The notes below the pieces were generated by a model, which saw only the letters and a list, made by a program, of their open reading frames with translations, did not search any database and had not been told where the DNA came from. Positions 1 through 14,507 of a DNA stretch of 64,000 nt are shown here, piece after piece. The stretch spans positions 16,207,731-16,271,730 of the forward strand of contig OZ199838.1 of NCBI GenBank assembly GCA_964304625.1, read 5' to 3'. The position numbers and the translations under genes are program-made. This stretch comes from Kudoa neothunni. Taxonomy: Eukaryota > Animalia > Cnidaria. Position 1 is the stretch's first letter. The number at the start of each line of letters is the position of its first letter.

Positions 1-575
1 AAGTAGATTATGTGAATAATATATCATCATAAAGAATTTTCAAGCATATAGGAATATATACTTTTAATTTAGGTTATAGGTAGAATACTAAAATTAGGTG
101 TACTGGAAAAAATAATAATATATTTAACAATTTTATTCGCATGGGATAAATCAGTTAAGTTAAGGAAAGTTCAAAATTACAAAATCATCCATTGAAACTG
201 TATACTTTAATTTTCTAGTTGAAAAAATTATTGTTTTTGACATCTGTTTAAATATATTTTTGAATGCCAAATTTCGTATTTAAAATTATATTTAATAATA
301 AAAATATTACAAAATTAACTTCTATTGTTATATTATAATATAAATATTATGATATATTTAATCCGATATAATTATTTAGGTGCGACACAAAATGAGTTCA
401 GATTAATATACTATTTTAATCTTATAATTTCTGAATAGTTAAATAAGTTTTAATATCTAATAAAGTAATATATTATATATCAATTTATTTATAAGAACTA
501 TTTTATATGTTATAGAATTTAAAATGTAATTAGAGATTTTTCGGCGAATAGGATTTAGGTAATTGTCATAAAATA

Positions 576-2550
576 ATGTTCTGTTGGATAATTTTCTCGA
601 TCATAATTTTTTACATTCCCAAAGTATTTGGAGAGCTTGATAAGAAAAAAGTAAATATTTTGTTTATTAATATCAATATCTAATTTTCATAGGAAGTTTT
701 GCTTTATATGTATTATGGTATTATCCAAATGGAATCGTATATATGTGAAATGGATAAAACTAAATTTTTCGGAGTAAACTGTACGTTCAAGAAACTACAT
801 AAATGCAGTAATATTTTAATTAAAAAATGGAGTGTTATTTTGATCAAAGGGATAACTGTTGTGTTGGATACTAATGTTGATCTTGAAAATGAATGCCTAA
901 AACAGTTTAACAAAGAATTCAGACTAATAAATACAAATGTATGGGTAATAGTAGCTGATGAAAATCTACGTAGCTCGTAATTATGTCAATCAAATATGGA
1001 CTTGTCTAATTTTCGTTTATAAAGTTTGAGAAGTAAATATTATGAAAATTATACTGATTTTGGAATTAATGTTCGCAACGTAACCATTGATGACAACAAT
1101 ATAACAATTTCCTATTGGAAACTTACAGAAAAAGGAGAAACTCTATTACAATATGTCGAATCTAATGAGTCACCGATACTAATCGGAAAGGTAAATTTCA
1201 AATTTATATCTTATAATTCTCATTCTATTTAGGGACATGAATCTTATACTCACGAGAGAGTAAATTATTTATTGAATAAATTTATTTTCTAATTTCATTT
1301 TTTAAATAAATATATGATAATTGTTTATTTTATAGGAATACAAAGATTGTGGATATATTCTAATCGATTACGATTTATTTTCACTCGGCTATCCCACAGA
1401 AAAGGACATAACAAACAATACAATAACTAGCTATATCTTTAATGGGAAAGAATTTAATTTTTTCTCAAAAAGTTTTGACAAAATGGGTTATAATAATTTG
1501 TTTTATAAACTAATTTATCAACTTATATTGGTAATTTTTTATATTTATTATTCTGTTTCATTTAATTTTGATACTTATTAGCTTGGAAAATATAACACCA
1601 TTCCGGGAAGTAATGTAATCACCATGGAATTTCCCTGTTATCATCTAAATACATCCATTACGTTTTTTCCCATTCAATATAAGAGTTGGATATCAAAATT
1701 AGAGGGCAGCCACGAAAAATTTTTGGAGCGAATTAATTTAACTGCCGGATATAGTTTTTTAGGATGCTTAGAGTTGATAAACTTAGTTACGTTTTTCCCA
1801 AATCATAGATATCCATGGAATAATAACATAGTTAATTTATTGGAAACGAAGCTTCCGAAGAAAGCTGGCACACCTTGTTTCGATGTAATAAATGTTATAA
1901 AATTGGAAACAAATTATAATTTAATCAATTACTAGGTTTATGGCTATGTATATAGTTTGATTAAGCATGATGATTACTATTCAATGGAATATTTAAATAA
2001 TACGCTAATTAAAAATTTACATGAATCCACATTAATAGTCTATGTAAATTGTCTTTTGAGGTAAAATTAAAAAAATTACATTAGAGGATTGTTGAAGCAA
2101 TGTATTTTCATGCACTGGTTTCCTATTTGTCGAACAGTGGTATTCATTACGGAGACAATTATATATTTAGATTTTATGTATTTTAATATTTTTTCTAAGT
2201 ATTTTATTAAATTATTCAACTCTAGAGCTATCAAAACGTGTGGCAGCCTGTATTACTAGAATATCTCACGATGAGTAATTTTATTAGTCGTAGTTAGATT
2301 TAATATTTATATTTTTCAAATATATAATTTAGAAAGCAACGAAATTATTCTAAGTACTGATAATATTAATGTAATACTGGAAAATCAAACAGGATCTGCA
2401 CAACATAGTCAAAATGAGAGAGTTCAGCGCTCAAAGTCAACGATTGTTATTCCAATTAGTGTTACATTGATATTAATTTTTATCGCAATATCAATCGGGG
2501 CATACATTTATTTTCAACGACCAAGTGATTTGCGCTATCAGACTAACTAA
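576..2550 (+). CDS. Array paralogue 1: type I membrane protein with divergent GDA1/CD39 (E-NTPDase)-like ectodomain, 11 exons, 496 aa
   Basis: Exons 576-650, 693-807, 850-976, 1025-1190, 1233-1259, 1336-1530, 1582-1884, 1936-2043, 2085-2177, 2226-2289 and 2333-2550, all GT-AG, sum to 1491 nt (497 codons including stop). Signal-like MFCWIIFSIIIFYIPKVFG; family motifs FGVNC, ECL, VIVADENLR, GYP, EFPC, YPW, PKKAG; TM IVIPISVTLILIFIAISIGAYIYF. Confidence 0.85.
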
Positions 2551-3171
2551 ATTATTTATTTAAATTACAAAATATAGATTTTCATTTCGTAAATTATATT
2601 TTTTATTATAAGTGCCATTTTATCATTTTGTTATCGGCATCAAAAATAATTATTTTCAATCTTCCTATCGTATTTTTAAAATACACTCAGTGACCGGGTT
2701 TAAATAATCCCTTAGGAACATGGGAAAATGTATGTGAAATTTGTAACGTCCAATTTTACGCATTTATTAACACCCGCATATAGTAATATAAGTAGCTATT
2801 TAATATAATTGAATATCATACATTTAAAAAAAATAATTAACTGTTTTCTCACCAAAAATTCTTCCAAATATTTGAAATATGACTTTCATCATTGCGATTA
2901 TGATTGAGCGATGTTTTTTGTCAAATATGGATAATTTTTTGACCTCATTTTAATAAATTCACAAATGAAGACAATAATCGATTTGTATTCAATCACTTCA
3001 AAAATTTGATTTGTGTTTTTTAAGGTACCATAGGGGTTCGATATTTAGGATACGTCTGGTGCATTCTATCAACAAATTTGACTGCTTTTGAGGAAATATT
3101 GAAGACGTATTTTATTATTTCATGTTTTGATTTGATTTTTTCTCTTTTAATTTAATTCTTTCGAACATTAA

Positions 3172-5070
3172 CCTTCCGATCGCCTCAAAATCGACTATAC
3201 GCTTAGTACTTAGTACCTTTGGGGTCTATTAGATCCCACTTTTTTTATTTATTATTATGAATTTATGTAATTTTTAAAACTTCATCGCGCAAAAATAAAA
3301 TATTCTATCGACAATATCGCACAATATTGGCAAAAAAACATGCCCGCGAATTTTCCTGATACCACCCGAATAATGTTAAGAGCTTTATATTCTTGTTAAA
3401 TTAATTTTTACGAAATATTATTTCAGAATAACCTTGAAAAATATTCATAATAATGTGTTATAAATTATCTAATATATAATTAGTTAGATTAAATCATTTA
3501 AGGTGCAGCAAAATAGTTATCAACAAAATTGTCTAAAAGGTTTTCAATGTTTAACTTAAACGAATATAGCTATGTAAAATTTAATATTTACTTTCTGTGA
3601 CCTTCCTGATTATTGTAAAAGAGTTTAGGGGTATTTTAATATCATTATTTATACCAGATCTAAAATAAAATCGATGCTCTGACCTTAATTAACAATTTAT
3701 TATGTACGTCAAAACCGAAATCTCATTCCAGAAAAATACGAAAATTATAATGATATCCAGACGTTTATTTGTGTCCAATGAATTGCTAAAACGAGCAGAT
3801 GCGGTAAGTTCTCCACAGCAACGATTCTTATATACAACACATGTATGTATTGTCTTACGATCACAGTTTTTTGTGCTCACAGAAAATATTTTACAGGATT
3901 TTTTGGAACAATATTGGTGCTACTTGGATTCCCTGCTCTTAATTTAGTTCCAAATTTAGCGTCAAGGAACTGCTGAAGGAACGGAATGTGTTAGCGAGAT
4001 TCTCTAAAAATTAGGCTCTTTTGATTTTTCCAACATTGAATATAATTTTGTATAAGCAAAACGCGTTTAAGAGATTTATGTCGATATTATAAAAAATAAC
4101 TCCCGGCCCGCGCCTGGAATATCTTTAAAATCTTGTAGAGAAGAAAATCCGATCAATAGCTCATTTAATTTTGTTATAATAATTGATGCTACCAGGCTTC
4201 TTTTTTTCATCATTCTGTATATTTGTATAAGCTGTTGCTTTGGCTAAAATTAACAAATCCTTATTATTTTAGGGTCTTAAGAAGCCAGATTTTCTTTTCA
4301 TTAAACAGAAAAAGTGTGCTAAATGACTCCTTTGTATTATTTTTTTTATTATATGAGGAACATTCCACTTATTAGCTTTAAGTGTTCTTATCATGGCAAG
4401 AATCATTTTCAAAAGCTTAAAGCTCTTTGCAGAAATGATTATAATATTGAAAATCCAACATAATTAAAAAAGTCCGTAGTATGAGAGGTTCTATGATTTG
4501 CAACATTCGTAAGATAATAGGCCTTATTTAAAAAGATTTATTTTCGTATTTTGAAGGTTTTTAAGACTTCTGTAGAAAAGATAAGGTTATTGTCATCGAT
4601 TTTAGATAAATCAGTGACAGAATCAATAAAATCAGACGAATCGATGATTTCGCCGAAGTCGGAATTAAAATCAGCAGAATATATTTCGCTAAAGGTCTTC
4701 ATGACGACAAATTTCCGTGATATGCGCGGTTCGTACATAGTCGTAAAAACTCGTTGATAAGTAATTCTCATTTTTCTCATTATATCGTCGATAGATTTTG
4801 TTAATATTTTCAATTCCATTTTTTTATAATTTTTTACATAAAATAATAAAATAAAATTGTGGGGTCTATTAAATTCCAAAAATGTCAAGTGTATAATTTT
4901 TATTTTATTTTACATTCATTAATGATACTTCAAAACTTATTTGACAGGAATATAATGTAAGTAATTATACATGAATAGAGCGAATTTTAGAAAATTTGGA
5001 TAGTTGAAAGGAGCAAAAACTAATTTTTAATATGGCTTGGGATTTAATGGGTCCCAAAAGCATTCGAAGG
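3172..5070 (-). mobile_element. Degenerate piggyBac-type DNA transposon
   Basis: TTAA at both ends with imperfect TIRs (CCTTCCGATCGC / CCTTCGAATGC) and subterminal GGGGTCTATTA motifs at 3221 and 4861. Minus-strand remnants KPGSINYNKIK*AID and SRRGPGVIFYNIDINLLNAFCLY resemble piggyBac YNxxKGxVD and RRWPxxxFY..LNA motifs; also an acidic N-terminus and a Cys-rich C-terminal remnant. Confidence 0.75.
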
Positions 5071-5970
5071 TTAAACGAAATTCATCTATTTTTTTAAAAA
5101 CGCCCGGAAAATTTGCGTAAAACCTAGAAGTCATCTGATTAACAATCTGGACATTTCGCAACCTTTTTATATCATTTAGATCCGAATTTTTTAATAAAAA
5201 AAATATTATATAGTAATTGTATATTTGATTATTCATATTGTGTTTCTTTTTAAAAAGTGCGTAAAAATGGTCATTGCCTGTAATATGCGAATATTTATGA
5301 CTCTTAAATTGAGTAATCACTAATATTTCTAACGAATAAGGTAAATAGCATTAAAAATAAAACTTTGGACATGTTCAACTAATTAAACATGATTTATATC
5401 GAAATAATCGTTCTTGGAACTTAAATATCAATTACGACAATATTATAATTTTTTATTTCATATGAAGAATAGTTCCATTTAACTTAGTATAACTTATTTT
5501 AAAAACATAATATATAATTCTCGATGTTTATAATAGAAAAAGATTTTTTTATACATGTATTTTAATTTTAATGTAGGATCAAATAATACTATGAGTATTA
5601 ATAAACGCCAAAAAAACAAATTAAAATTATTTCAAATACAATATAACAATATTTAATATATCTAAAATATTGAAACGTTATTTCTTTAAAATGATGCTCA
5701 TTTGTTTAAAATGTATCCCAAAAGTAAAAAACGAACTTTTCCGATAATCCAAAGAAACCGTTTGTTAAAATATCCTGTAAAATATTTTCTTAAATTTGAA
5801 TTGCGATATTACATATATAATTTTTTTTGCGTTTCTAAATGAAATATATTTTTATTGTACAATACGACTTAATCTTCTTCAATGTTAACTATTTCTTAAG
5901 TCGTAAAAAATGAACCACATCACAAAAAAATATATATTATAATTATTAATGTTACTTACATTCATCATGA

Positions 5971-5991
5971 ATATATATATATATATATATA
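5971..5991. repeat. (AT)n microsatellite
   Basis: Direct reading. Confidence 0.9.
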
Positions 5992-6273
5992 ATGTTAAAA
6001 TCAGGTTATTTAATTTTTTATTTTTTTCGAATATAAAATTAATATAAAAATTATTGTAAAAAAAATATTAAACTAAAAAATGGCTCGGAGTTATCACCTA
6101 TTTAAAAAGTAATTTCTCATGACCATCTTGTTTTGATTCGATATTAAAGTTTAATACTGAAAAAGAATTCAAACCAATGTTAAATTCCATAAATAAACAT
6201 TAAAAATTAAGCCGCGATATATCCAGGCCCTGTTGCCTTGTCCATCAAGCGTAAATAACAAACTCCTATGCAG

Positions 6274-6296
6274 TAACTAACTAACTAACTAACTAA
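6274..6296. repeat. (TAAC)n microsatellite
   Basis: taactaactaactaactaactaa. Confidence 0.9.
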
Positions 6297-7513
6297 TAGT
6301 AGATCACTAAATAAATTAAAAAAAGTCGTTCCTTCGCGAGTAATGTCGCCCTCTTAATAGGCTATCAAAAGTTTAACGACACCGTCTATAATTATCACAG
6401 GTCCGACTGTAAATAAAAATAAGAAACTTCCGTTTGTAATATTGAATCACTCGAAGACGTTTTACAGGACGAACAATACAAAATTTCAATGTCGTGCACC
6501 CATTAATTCTAACTCATTTTCCCTTTAATGTCGGATAAAACTACAGTCGTCAATCGCCACGTTATATCATTCCGTCTCTTGACAACGTATAGCATTTGAA
6601 TTCTTATTAATTAAACAACAAAGAAATGATTAAAAAATATAATAATTAATAAAGATAAATAAATGAGATGACAATTATCATGATCTGTCACTTATTAAAA
6701 ATTAAATTTAAGATATATTATTTAATTATTTCAGTTAAAAAAACTAATTATTTTTTGTGTTGAAATATTTAAGTTTTAAAGTATAATAAAATTTTTAAAT
6801 TAATGGTTTATTAGAAATTTTTACAATTAGAATTAATCTTTAACGTGATGGTTTCGGTTTCTACTACTCTAAAATGTTAATGAGATATTTTACTGATCAT
6901 GAATTTTTAATATTTAAATAACTATTATGGTTTCATAAATTTTAAATTATGATTATTAATTGATAAATCGTTTTATATATAGGTATTCAGTAAATTTAAT
7001 AAAGTAATTAAAATAATTAAATAAGTTTAAATTTTAAAATCGTTAAAAGATTTATTACATTTAATATTTCAAGGTCATTTATTGTATATTTTAAAATATA
7101 TCAATAGATGATAATTGCTGTTCACTTTATCTGATTAGTAAAAAATTGCAACTAAAATGATTTTATTATTTACATATTATATTTTAAAAATAACTCAAAG
7201 TAAATAATTAGTTGCATTGATTAATTAATTATTGAAGTTGAATGTTTTAGATTAGAACTTATCATACTAATGACATTTATTTTAATACCATTTAATTGTC
7301 TTAGTTAGTTTATTCAGATTATTGATAAAAATCTCATGCAATTAGTTCACATTAACACATTGTTTGATCAGGTGACGAACAAGTATTATTTATTGGGAGA
7401 CCTAAAGAAATTTTCGGGAAAAATATAAAAATACCACAATAATGTTAAGGTCGTTCAAATCATTTTCTAAATACTTGCTATGGAATGATTACCTGTAATT
7501 TCATTATAGGAGA

Positions 7514-9590
7514 ATGATGTTCTGGTTAGTGTGTCAGATGTTAATTGCTTATTTTCCATCATTTTTGAATTTTGATGAAGAATCTAAATTAGTTTGAATT
7601 ATTCATAAATTGCATGATCTTTATTATATTTTGTGTAGGAAATTATTCTCTATGTAGATAATGGAGAATTAAGTGTTAATTCATATATCTGCTATCAGCA
7701 CAATCCATCGTATTTTGGTGTTATTTGTGACGACTATTATTCTTATGATTGTTCTGGTAATCAATTATTTTAATTATTTTTTAAATAATTAGTTTAGAGT
7801 TCCTTGACGATGAATATGACAATATAATGGATCTTGAACAAGATTGTTTAACACCATTAGGTGATGAAATCGATCTCACAGATGCAAGTATAACGGTGTT
7901 GGTATCTGACGTAAATCTCAAATCTTCGTAATTAACATTATATATACTTTTCAATAATTGAATAATAATAATAAGTGTGTAATATGAATAAGTTAGAATG
8001 AGGAGCGAACACTACCCTGGTTACGAGAGTATAAAATCGAAAATACGTGAGATTTCAATCGATTATGAACTTATTAACCTACAATACCTAAAACTCACAC
8101 CATCGGAATTAATATTTAATTATTTCGCTGTGATCAACCTAGAAAATATAAATAAAATTAATGTAAAGTTGTTTGTAGCTGAATTTTCTCATTTATATTT
8201 TATTTAAGGAAGAGGAAGGATCCATTGTCTCAAGCGTAAATATATATTTTCCCTTTATAAAATCAAATAATTTTTTTAAATGAAAATTAATTAAATATTA
8301 AAGAGATATATTCAATTAAATTCATATAATTTGATGTATTATACAGTCTAGAAAAGACGATGGATTTATATCCTTCGAGGCGGATGTGGTAATGATAGGT
8401 TATCCTATAGAGAAAAATTCAAGAAACCGTCATGTTAATGTTTATACTGTCAATTTATATGAATATCATTTCTTTTCATTATATTCAACATTTTTTGTTT
8501 ATAAAAATGTTTTACCAATATTGATGTATAAGTATATGACCGTAATTTGATATAATGATAATATTTATCATTTATTTTATTATACTTTAAAGAATAATAA
8601 TGACATTGAAGAAATTACTATCGAATTTCCATGTTCGATAAAAGATGAAATCAAATCAATTACACGTGAACAATACAATGATTGGATATCTATGTTAGGG
8701 GGACAGCAGTATAGTTTTTCCGGGCGAATAAATATTAAAGCCGCGTTCAACTTTGATCAATGTTTCAATTTTATGTGGGAATTGTTGTTCAGATACAATA
8801 GTATCTACCCAAGGAATCTAAAAATAAATGAATTTGTTTCAATCGATTTCCCACCAAAAATTGGTGAAAATACATTTAACGTAATGCATCAAATACTATA
8901 ATACGCGTTTAAAAAAGTTACGATATTAATTATATTATAGGTTGTTATTAATGACGAAACAATTAGTTGGCCTCAAGAACCAACAAGATTTTTTGACTTA
9001 AAAAAAATAATAAACAGAGCTATAAGGAGATTATCATTAAATGTTGACGTAATTTATTATTAAATATTTAGTTTAATATACTTTTCTAGGAAATAGTGCA
9101 ACAGATCTATTATTATTCGACAATTTCATATATTTATGAAAAAGGATTAGAAAATCATAATGAATATTTATTTAGATTTGTTGTATCTGAAGATCTATCG
9201 AATAAAAAATATTTAATTTAATATTTTAGCAAGAAAAAGTGAATTGGGTAACAGGGGCTGTTCATATCCTTGCAAAGAATAAATATGACAATGGTATAAT
9301 GACATTAATTTGAAATCTTTAACTAATGCGAATCAGGCGAAGAGAATGCTTCGAAGTTTCAAAATCATGATAATAATTTGGAACAAAATCCAAAAGACAG
9401 TAACAATGATTACCAAGAGGCACAACATTATAAAGATGAAAATTCTGATCAGTCACAACAAACTAATGGAAAAATATCAAATACGGTTCTGTCGGTGTCG
9501 ATTGTTGTACCAATTGTGGCACTGATAATTGTTATATCTATTCTAACCATCGTCATCAAATATCGACGTCAAAATCGAGGAAACGATTAG
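7514..9590 (+). CDS. Array paralogue 2 (NTPDase-like type I membrane protein, 11 exons)
   Basis: Start MMFWLVCQMLIAYFPSFL. Same intron positions and phases as paralogue 1. Motifs FGVIC, VLVSD, LTPSELIFNYF, IGYP, EFPC, FDQC, FPPKIG, WVTGAV; TM VLSVSIVVPIVALIIVISILTIVI. Confidence 0.85.
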
Positions 9591-10149
9591 AGATTATACT
9601 ATCCATCTCAATAAAGAATATAACTATTACTTGAATTTAATTATTTTAATAAGTATTTATTTAAATATATTTGAATTATAATATTCATTTAAACTATCCT
9701 ATAAGGTATGAAATAATACAATTTTAATATGACAAGTATTAAAAAGAAAAATATATTTGAATTAAAGGGATAATTGTAATCATATTTACTTAAATGAGAT
9801 AATTTAATATCTCGTTTAAATTGAGTAAAGATAATTTCAAAGATTGTCTGTAATCCCACGAGATGCTCAATTAATTAATATTTGGGAAAGTAATTTATTC
9901 TTGCAAAAAATTTGATACGGAATATGTTTTTATTTGAATTATTTTCTACTAATAAAGCTCTAAGTATTTTACCAATAATTTAATAATTCATTTATTACGT
10001 ATAAATTATTAGTTATAATATTTAAACATGTTTTTTGAGAAGAGATTTTCAACTTATTAATAACCTATAATTTATTAAATTATATAAATTCAAAAAATAA
10101 TAATCATTTATAAGATAATTTTTTATTAAATTATAAAAATTATTGAAAT

Positions 10150-11114
10150 ACATTGGGTGACGGGTAATACGCACGTTTGCTTTTTCATATAGAATTTACT
10201 ACTTGTTGAGCACATTATTTAAGTTTGCGTTTTAAACATAATTTTGTTAAGTGTTTCTGACAAAATTTAATAAATATTGTAATTTAAAGGCATTTTTAGA
10301 TTTACGCACCTTTTCCCATAAATTAATCTCGAAATTGCACGTAGATATTATTTGATTTTACGTATGGTTGACAAAAACCTTTATGCTATGATAATAATAA
10401 ATGAAAAATAGTATTTATTAAAATAGTTGAAATCAAAATCATTAAAATAAAAATCGACGCGATTAAAAATTTTGTTGTTGAATTCATATAAAGTTTAAAT
10501 AAAATCCTACCACAGAAATTACAAATTTTACAAATTAGGGAATTGGTGAAAATGGAACTGAAAACATTAAAAAGCAGAAAAATCGATAAATTTGATAAAA
10601 AATTACGAATTGATTATTTAAATAAGTTTGAATATTTTAGTTATTCATCATACGAATTTATTTGTAAAAGTAATGAAATTGTGAAGACCATTATATAAAA
10701 TGTCTATGATATTATTATCAATGATTGGGTTAAAGAGGCTAAAGTAAACATTAGCCAAAACAAAATTTATTTTGTTAACCAAAAGACATGTTCATATCCA
10801 TTTAAAACAGTTAATGAAGAAATATCTAAATCACAAAAACCATATAACATTTAACCGCGTCAATTCTATGAGATTATATTAAAAATGGCTCTACATATGT
10901 TTAAAAGTATGCTTAAAGTTCGAAGAAAACTTATTTAATATAAAAATGGAGTGTAAAAATAATAGAAGTTCTCAAAAGTAAATTATTACGTAATAATTAA
11001 AAAATTTTTGAATTTTAATTATACGCTTACCCCCCAAAAGTGATATTTCCCACCATTGTTGGCTAATTCGCACTTTTTCTACTGTCCCGAAGAGATTACG
11101 TATTACTCACTGTA
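10150..11114 (+). mobile_element. Possible highly decayed Tc1/mariner-type element
   Basis: Right end reads TACAGTGAGTAATACG on the minus strand, with a weak left partner (GGGTAATACG at ~10162). The interior is only faintly transposase-like. Confidence 0.3.
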
Positions 11115-12520
11115 TACAAAATTATTTAATTTAAAATTTTTATAATCTCTTCATTATTAAAAGACTAAAAATTAAAATAGCAGGTTATTTGACTATGAAA
11201 ACAAACTTAGATATGCTAATTCTAAAACAATCAATAGATTCTCCTGGAATGTGTATTTTATCATTTCGAGGATAAAATTTTGATTTTTGGGACTATATTT
11301 ACAAATCAAGTTTTGAGATATAGAAATATTTTTATTATCTTCAAAAATTGGCTCCGAAGTTGATAACGGATAAAAATCCATGCTATATAATATCATTCTT
11401 ATATAAAAAAATTTGATTTGTCATAAATATATAAAGTAGTATTTTAAACAAATCAAATATAAATTTATCAAAATAATGTTATCACTGAAGGCGCATATGT
11501 CGGAATTTACTGATTAATTCTTATATATGATTAATTATTCACATTAGAGTTAATAACTGCTTTTCAAAAGTCTAAAATTGAATATATTCAACTGATTATA
11601 ACAAAAAAACACGTTATTTGTAGAAAAGATAGAAATTTTGGAGGTCTTTATTAAATTATTAAGGTAGAATAAAGTAAGTATAAAATAATAATTAATTCTA
11701 GTTATTCGCGTGATAGTTCAATTGGCACTAACAGCTTAATGGCTTTATGGGTTTATGAATGAATGTACTTATAGATATGTTATGTGGGGGATATCATGAT
11801 TTTTGAATATTTAAATTGTCTAATGTGATTGCTAATAATTTTTAATAATTAATTAACTATAACATGAAGAAAAATTTAAATTAATAAACTGAGAATAATT
11901 TCTTATAAAATTATTTATTCATACGATAATTCGTTTAACATTCATCAAAAATTAATTTTCTAAATCTTTTTTGAAAAATAATAATTATTTAGTGCAAAAT
12001 ATTATATTTTGTGCCCAATTATAAGAAATATATTTGGAAAGAATTTTATTTTTTAGCGGTGATTTTAATTCATTAAATTAAATATGCCATTATAATAATT
12101 TATTCTTTAATTATATATTCATTAAATCATATTTAACCTCTTTATTCAATTAGGCATATTTATATGTAAGCATGATATTATTAGTTAGTATAGTTTTCTT
12201 TATTATAAAATGATAAGTATGTATATAATGAGAAAAAAAATAACAGTAAATTTAATTTTTTAATATTATCGAATTAATATTATTAATCAGATTAGATTTA
12301 TTTTTAATTATTTTATTTTTGAAACGAGAATTTGGACGTTCTAACAATTTATAAATAATTTTATCGTGTTATAATAGGAAAAAGTTATGTAACATGCTAA
12401 GAAATTTATTGTTTAACATTGAATAATAATTAATTATAATTAGATTAATGATATAAAGTGTTTGTAAAATTAGTATTCCGTGAGTGTTATTGAAAAAATA
12501 TTCCTATTATGAATTTTAGA

Positions 12521-14507
12521 ATGTTATTCCATTTGATGTATATATGGTTTGTTGGCTATATTTATACGGAAATGAATTTTGACTCGGATCCGAGAACTGT
12601 TAGCTTTATTTTTAAATTTAAAAAATTTTTATATTCTTCAGGAAGTATTGGTTTATATAGAGAGTGATAAGTTCCATGTAAAGTCGTACAGCTGTTTTTT
12701 CAACGAATCCACCTACTTTGGTACCTTTTGTGATTCCACTTATGATTTAGAATGTCCAGGTAGAACATTATATGTTAAATTTTAGTATATAAATTTGTAT
12801 TAGACTATGAGAATTATGAATACGAAAGTGTAACTTACCTTGAAGAAGATTGTATTAAACGCGTAGGAAGAATAGTGGATCTAACAGGTGCAAATGTAAC
12901 CGTGTTGGTCTCTGAAACAAAACTAACATCCTCGTACTCATATTTTTGATATTTTAAATGTGTTTGTAATAAAATGTTACGTAGAATGCGTAGTGATTAT
13001 TATTTAAATTGGGAAATGTACGGTCCAAAAGTTCGGAATATCGTCATGTGGGATGATTTATATATTCCAATATCATACCAAAAACTCTCATCGTCAGAAT
13101 TAATATTTAGTAATTTCGCTATGACTAACTCAATCAATTATCTTAATAGAGATGTATATTATTTCAATATATTTACTATTCTAATATTATTTTAGGAAAT
13201 GGAAAACTCTATCATCCCCAAGGTAAATATAATAATTTGCATATCTAATTCTAAAAGATTATACTTTCATTATAATTTTTATTAACTACAAATTAATATT
13301 TTATTTAATAAAGTCAGCTTTCGACAATGGATATATATCTTTTGAAAAAGATGTGTTCATGATTGGATATCCTACCAACAAAAATTCGAGAAACAACCAT
13401 ATTGATAGATTCACGGTCGGTTCAATTGAATATCATTCGTTTTCGATATATTCAACTCCAATCGTTGACAACATCTTTCCTAAATTAGTCTACAGTTTCG
13501 TAAAGGTAATCCGAAAAAATATTTTATATAAATTATTAAATATCTAGCTTCAGTCTTTTAAAGGTAACAAACCTATGGATGAAATTACCGTAGAATTTCC
13601 ATGCTCCATGATAAATGAAGTAATTACAATCATGTCCGAAGAATATAGAGAATGGATATCTAAATCCGAGGGAAGCAACGATATTTTCTTGGGACCAATT
13701 AATTTTGAATCCGCATACGATTTTGACAAATGTTTGAACTTCATAATAAATGTCTTGTTAGTTCCTAATGTTGATCATCCCTGGAATTCAATAAATAATG
13801 AATTTATTGCAATTCAATTCCCGCCTAAAACCGGAACAATAATTTTTGATGTATATTATTTTTTTAATTAAAAAATATTAATTAATTTCACTTAGACTTT
13901 TATAAATACTGAGATCATTGATTGGCCTTCAATACCTACAGATTTGTCGACCCTACATACATTAATAAACAATGCGATTGTTGAATCCTCAATGGGAACT
14001 AAGGTAATAAATTTTCATTAATTTAAGTTTAAGGCCATTTTAGGAAGTTGTGGATTTAATGTATAAGTATGCGTTAATTTCTCATGTATGTGAGAAAGGT
14101 TTAAATAATCAACAAGAATACCTATTTAGGTTTTATGTATTTGAAAATTAACTAAACATATAAATTACAATTGAATATTTTAGTCTGATCATTTGCCATG
14201 GGAAGTGGGATTTGTCAATATTCTAGCAAAGTCAAAGTTTGATAAAGGTAGAATACATTACTTTTTTTAAAAATTGATTTTATTAGAAATTGAAGCTAAA
14301 CAATTAATTAAAAATAAAAAAGATATGCGTGAAGCATCGCATAAAGGTAATGTTGAGAGTCCCGAATCTTCCCAAATGAGAGAATCGAATAATTCAAGCT
14401 TGACTTTGCTGGTCTCTATTCTTATATCCGTCATGATATTAATAATTGGAATCGCAATCATTACGTTCTATAAACTTCAACTCAGAAAAAATACAAAGGA
14501 TATATAA
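12521..14507 (+). CDS. Array paralogue 3 (NTPDase-like type I membrane protein, 11 exons)
   Basis: Start MLFHLMYIWFVGYIY. Motifs FGTFC, LSSSELIFSNFAMTNSINYL, GYISFEKDVFMIGYP, EFPC, FDKC, HPW, FPPKTG, WEVGF; TM LLVSILISVMILIIGIAIITFY. Confidence 0.85.
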
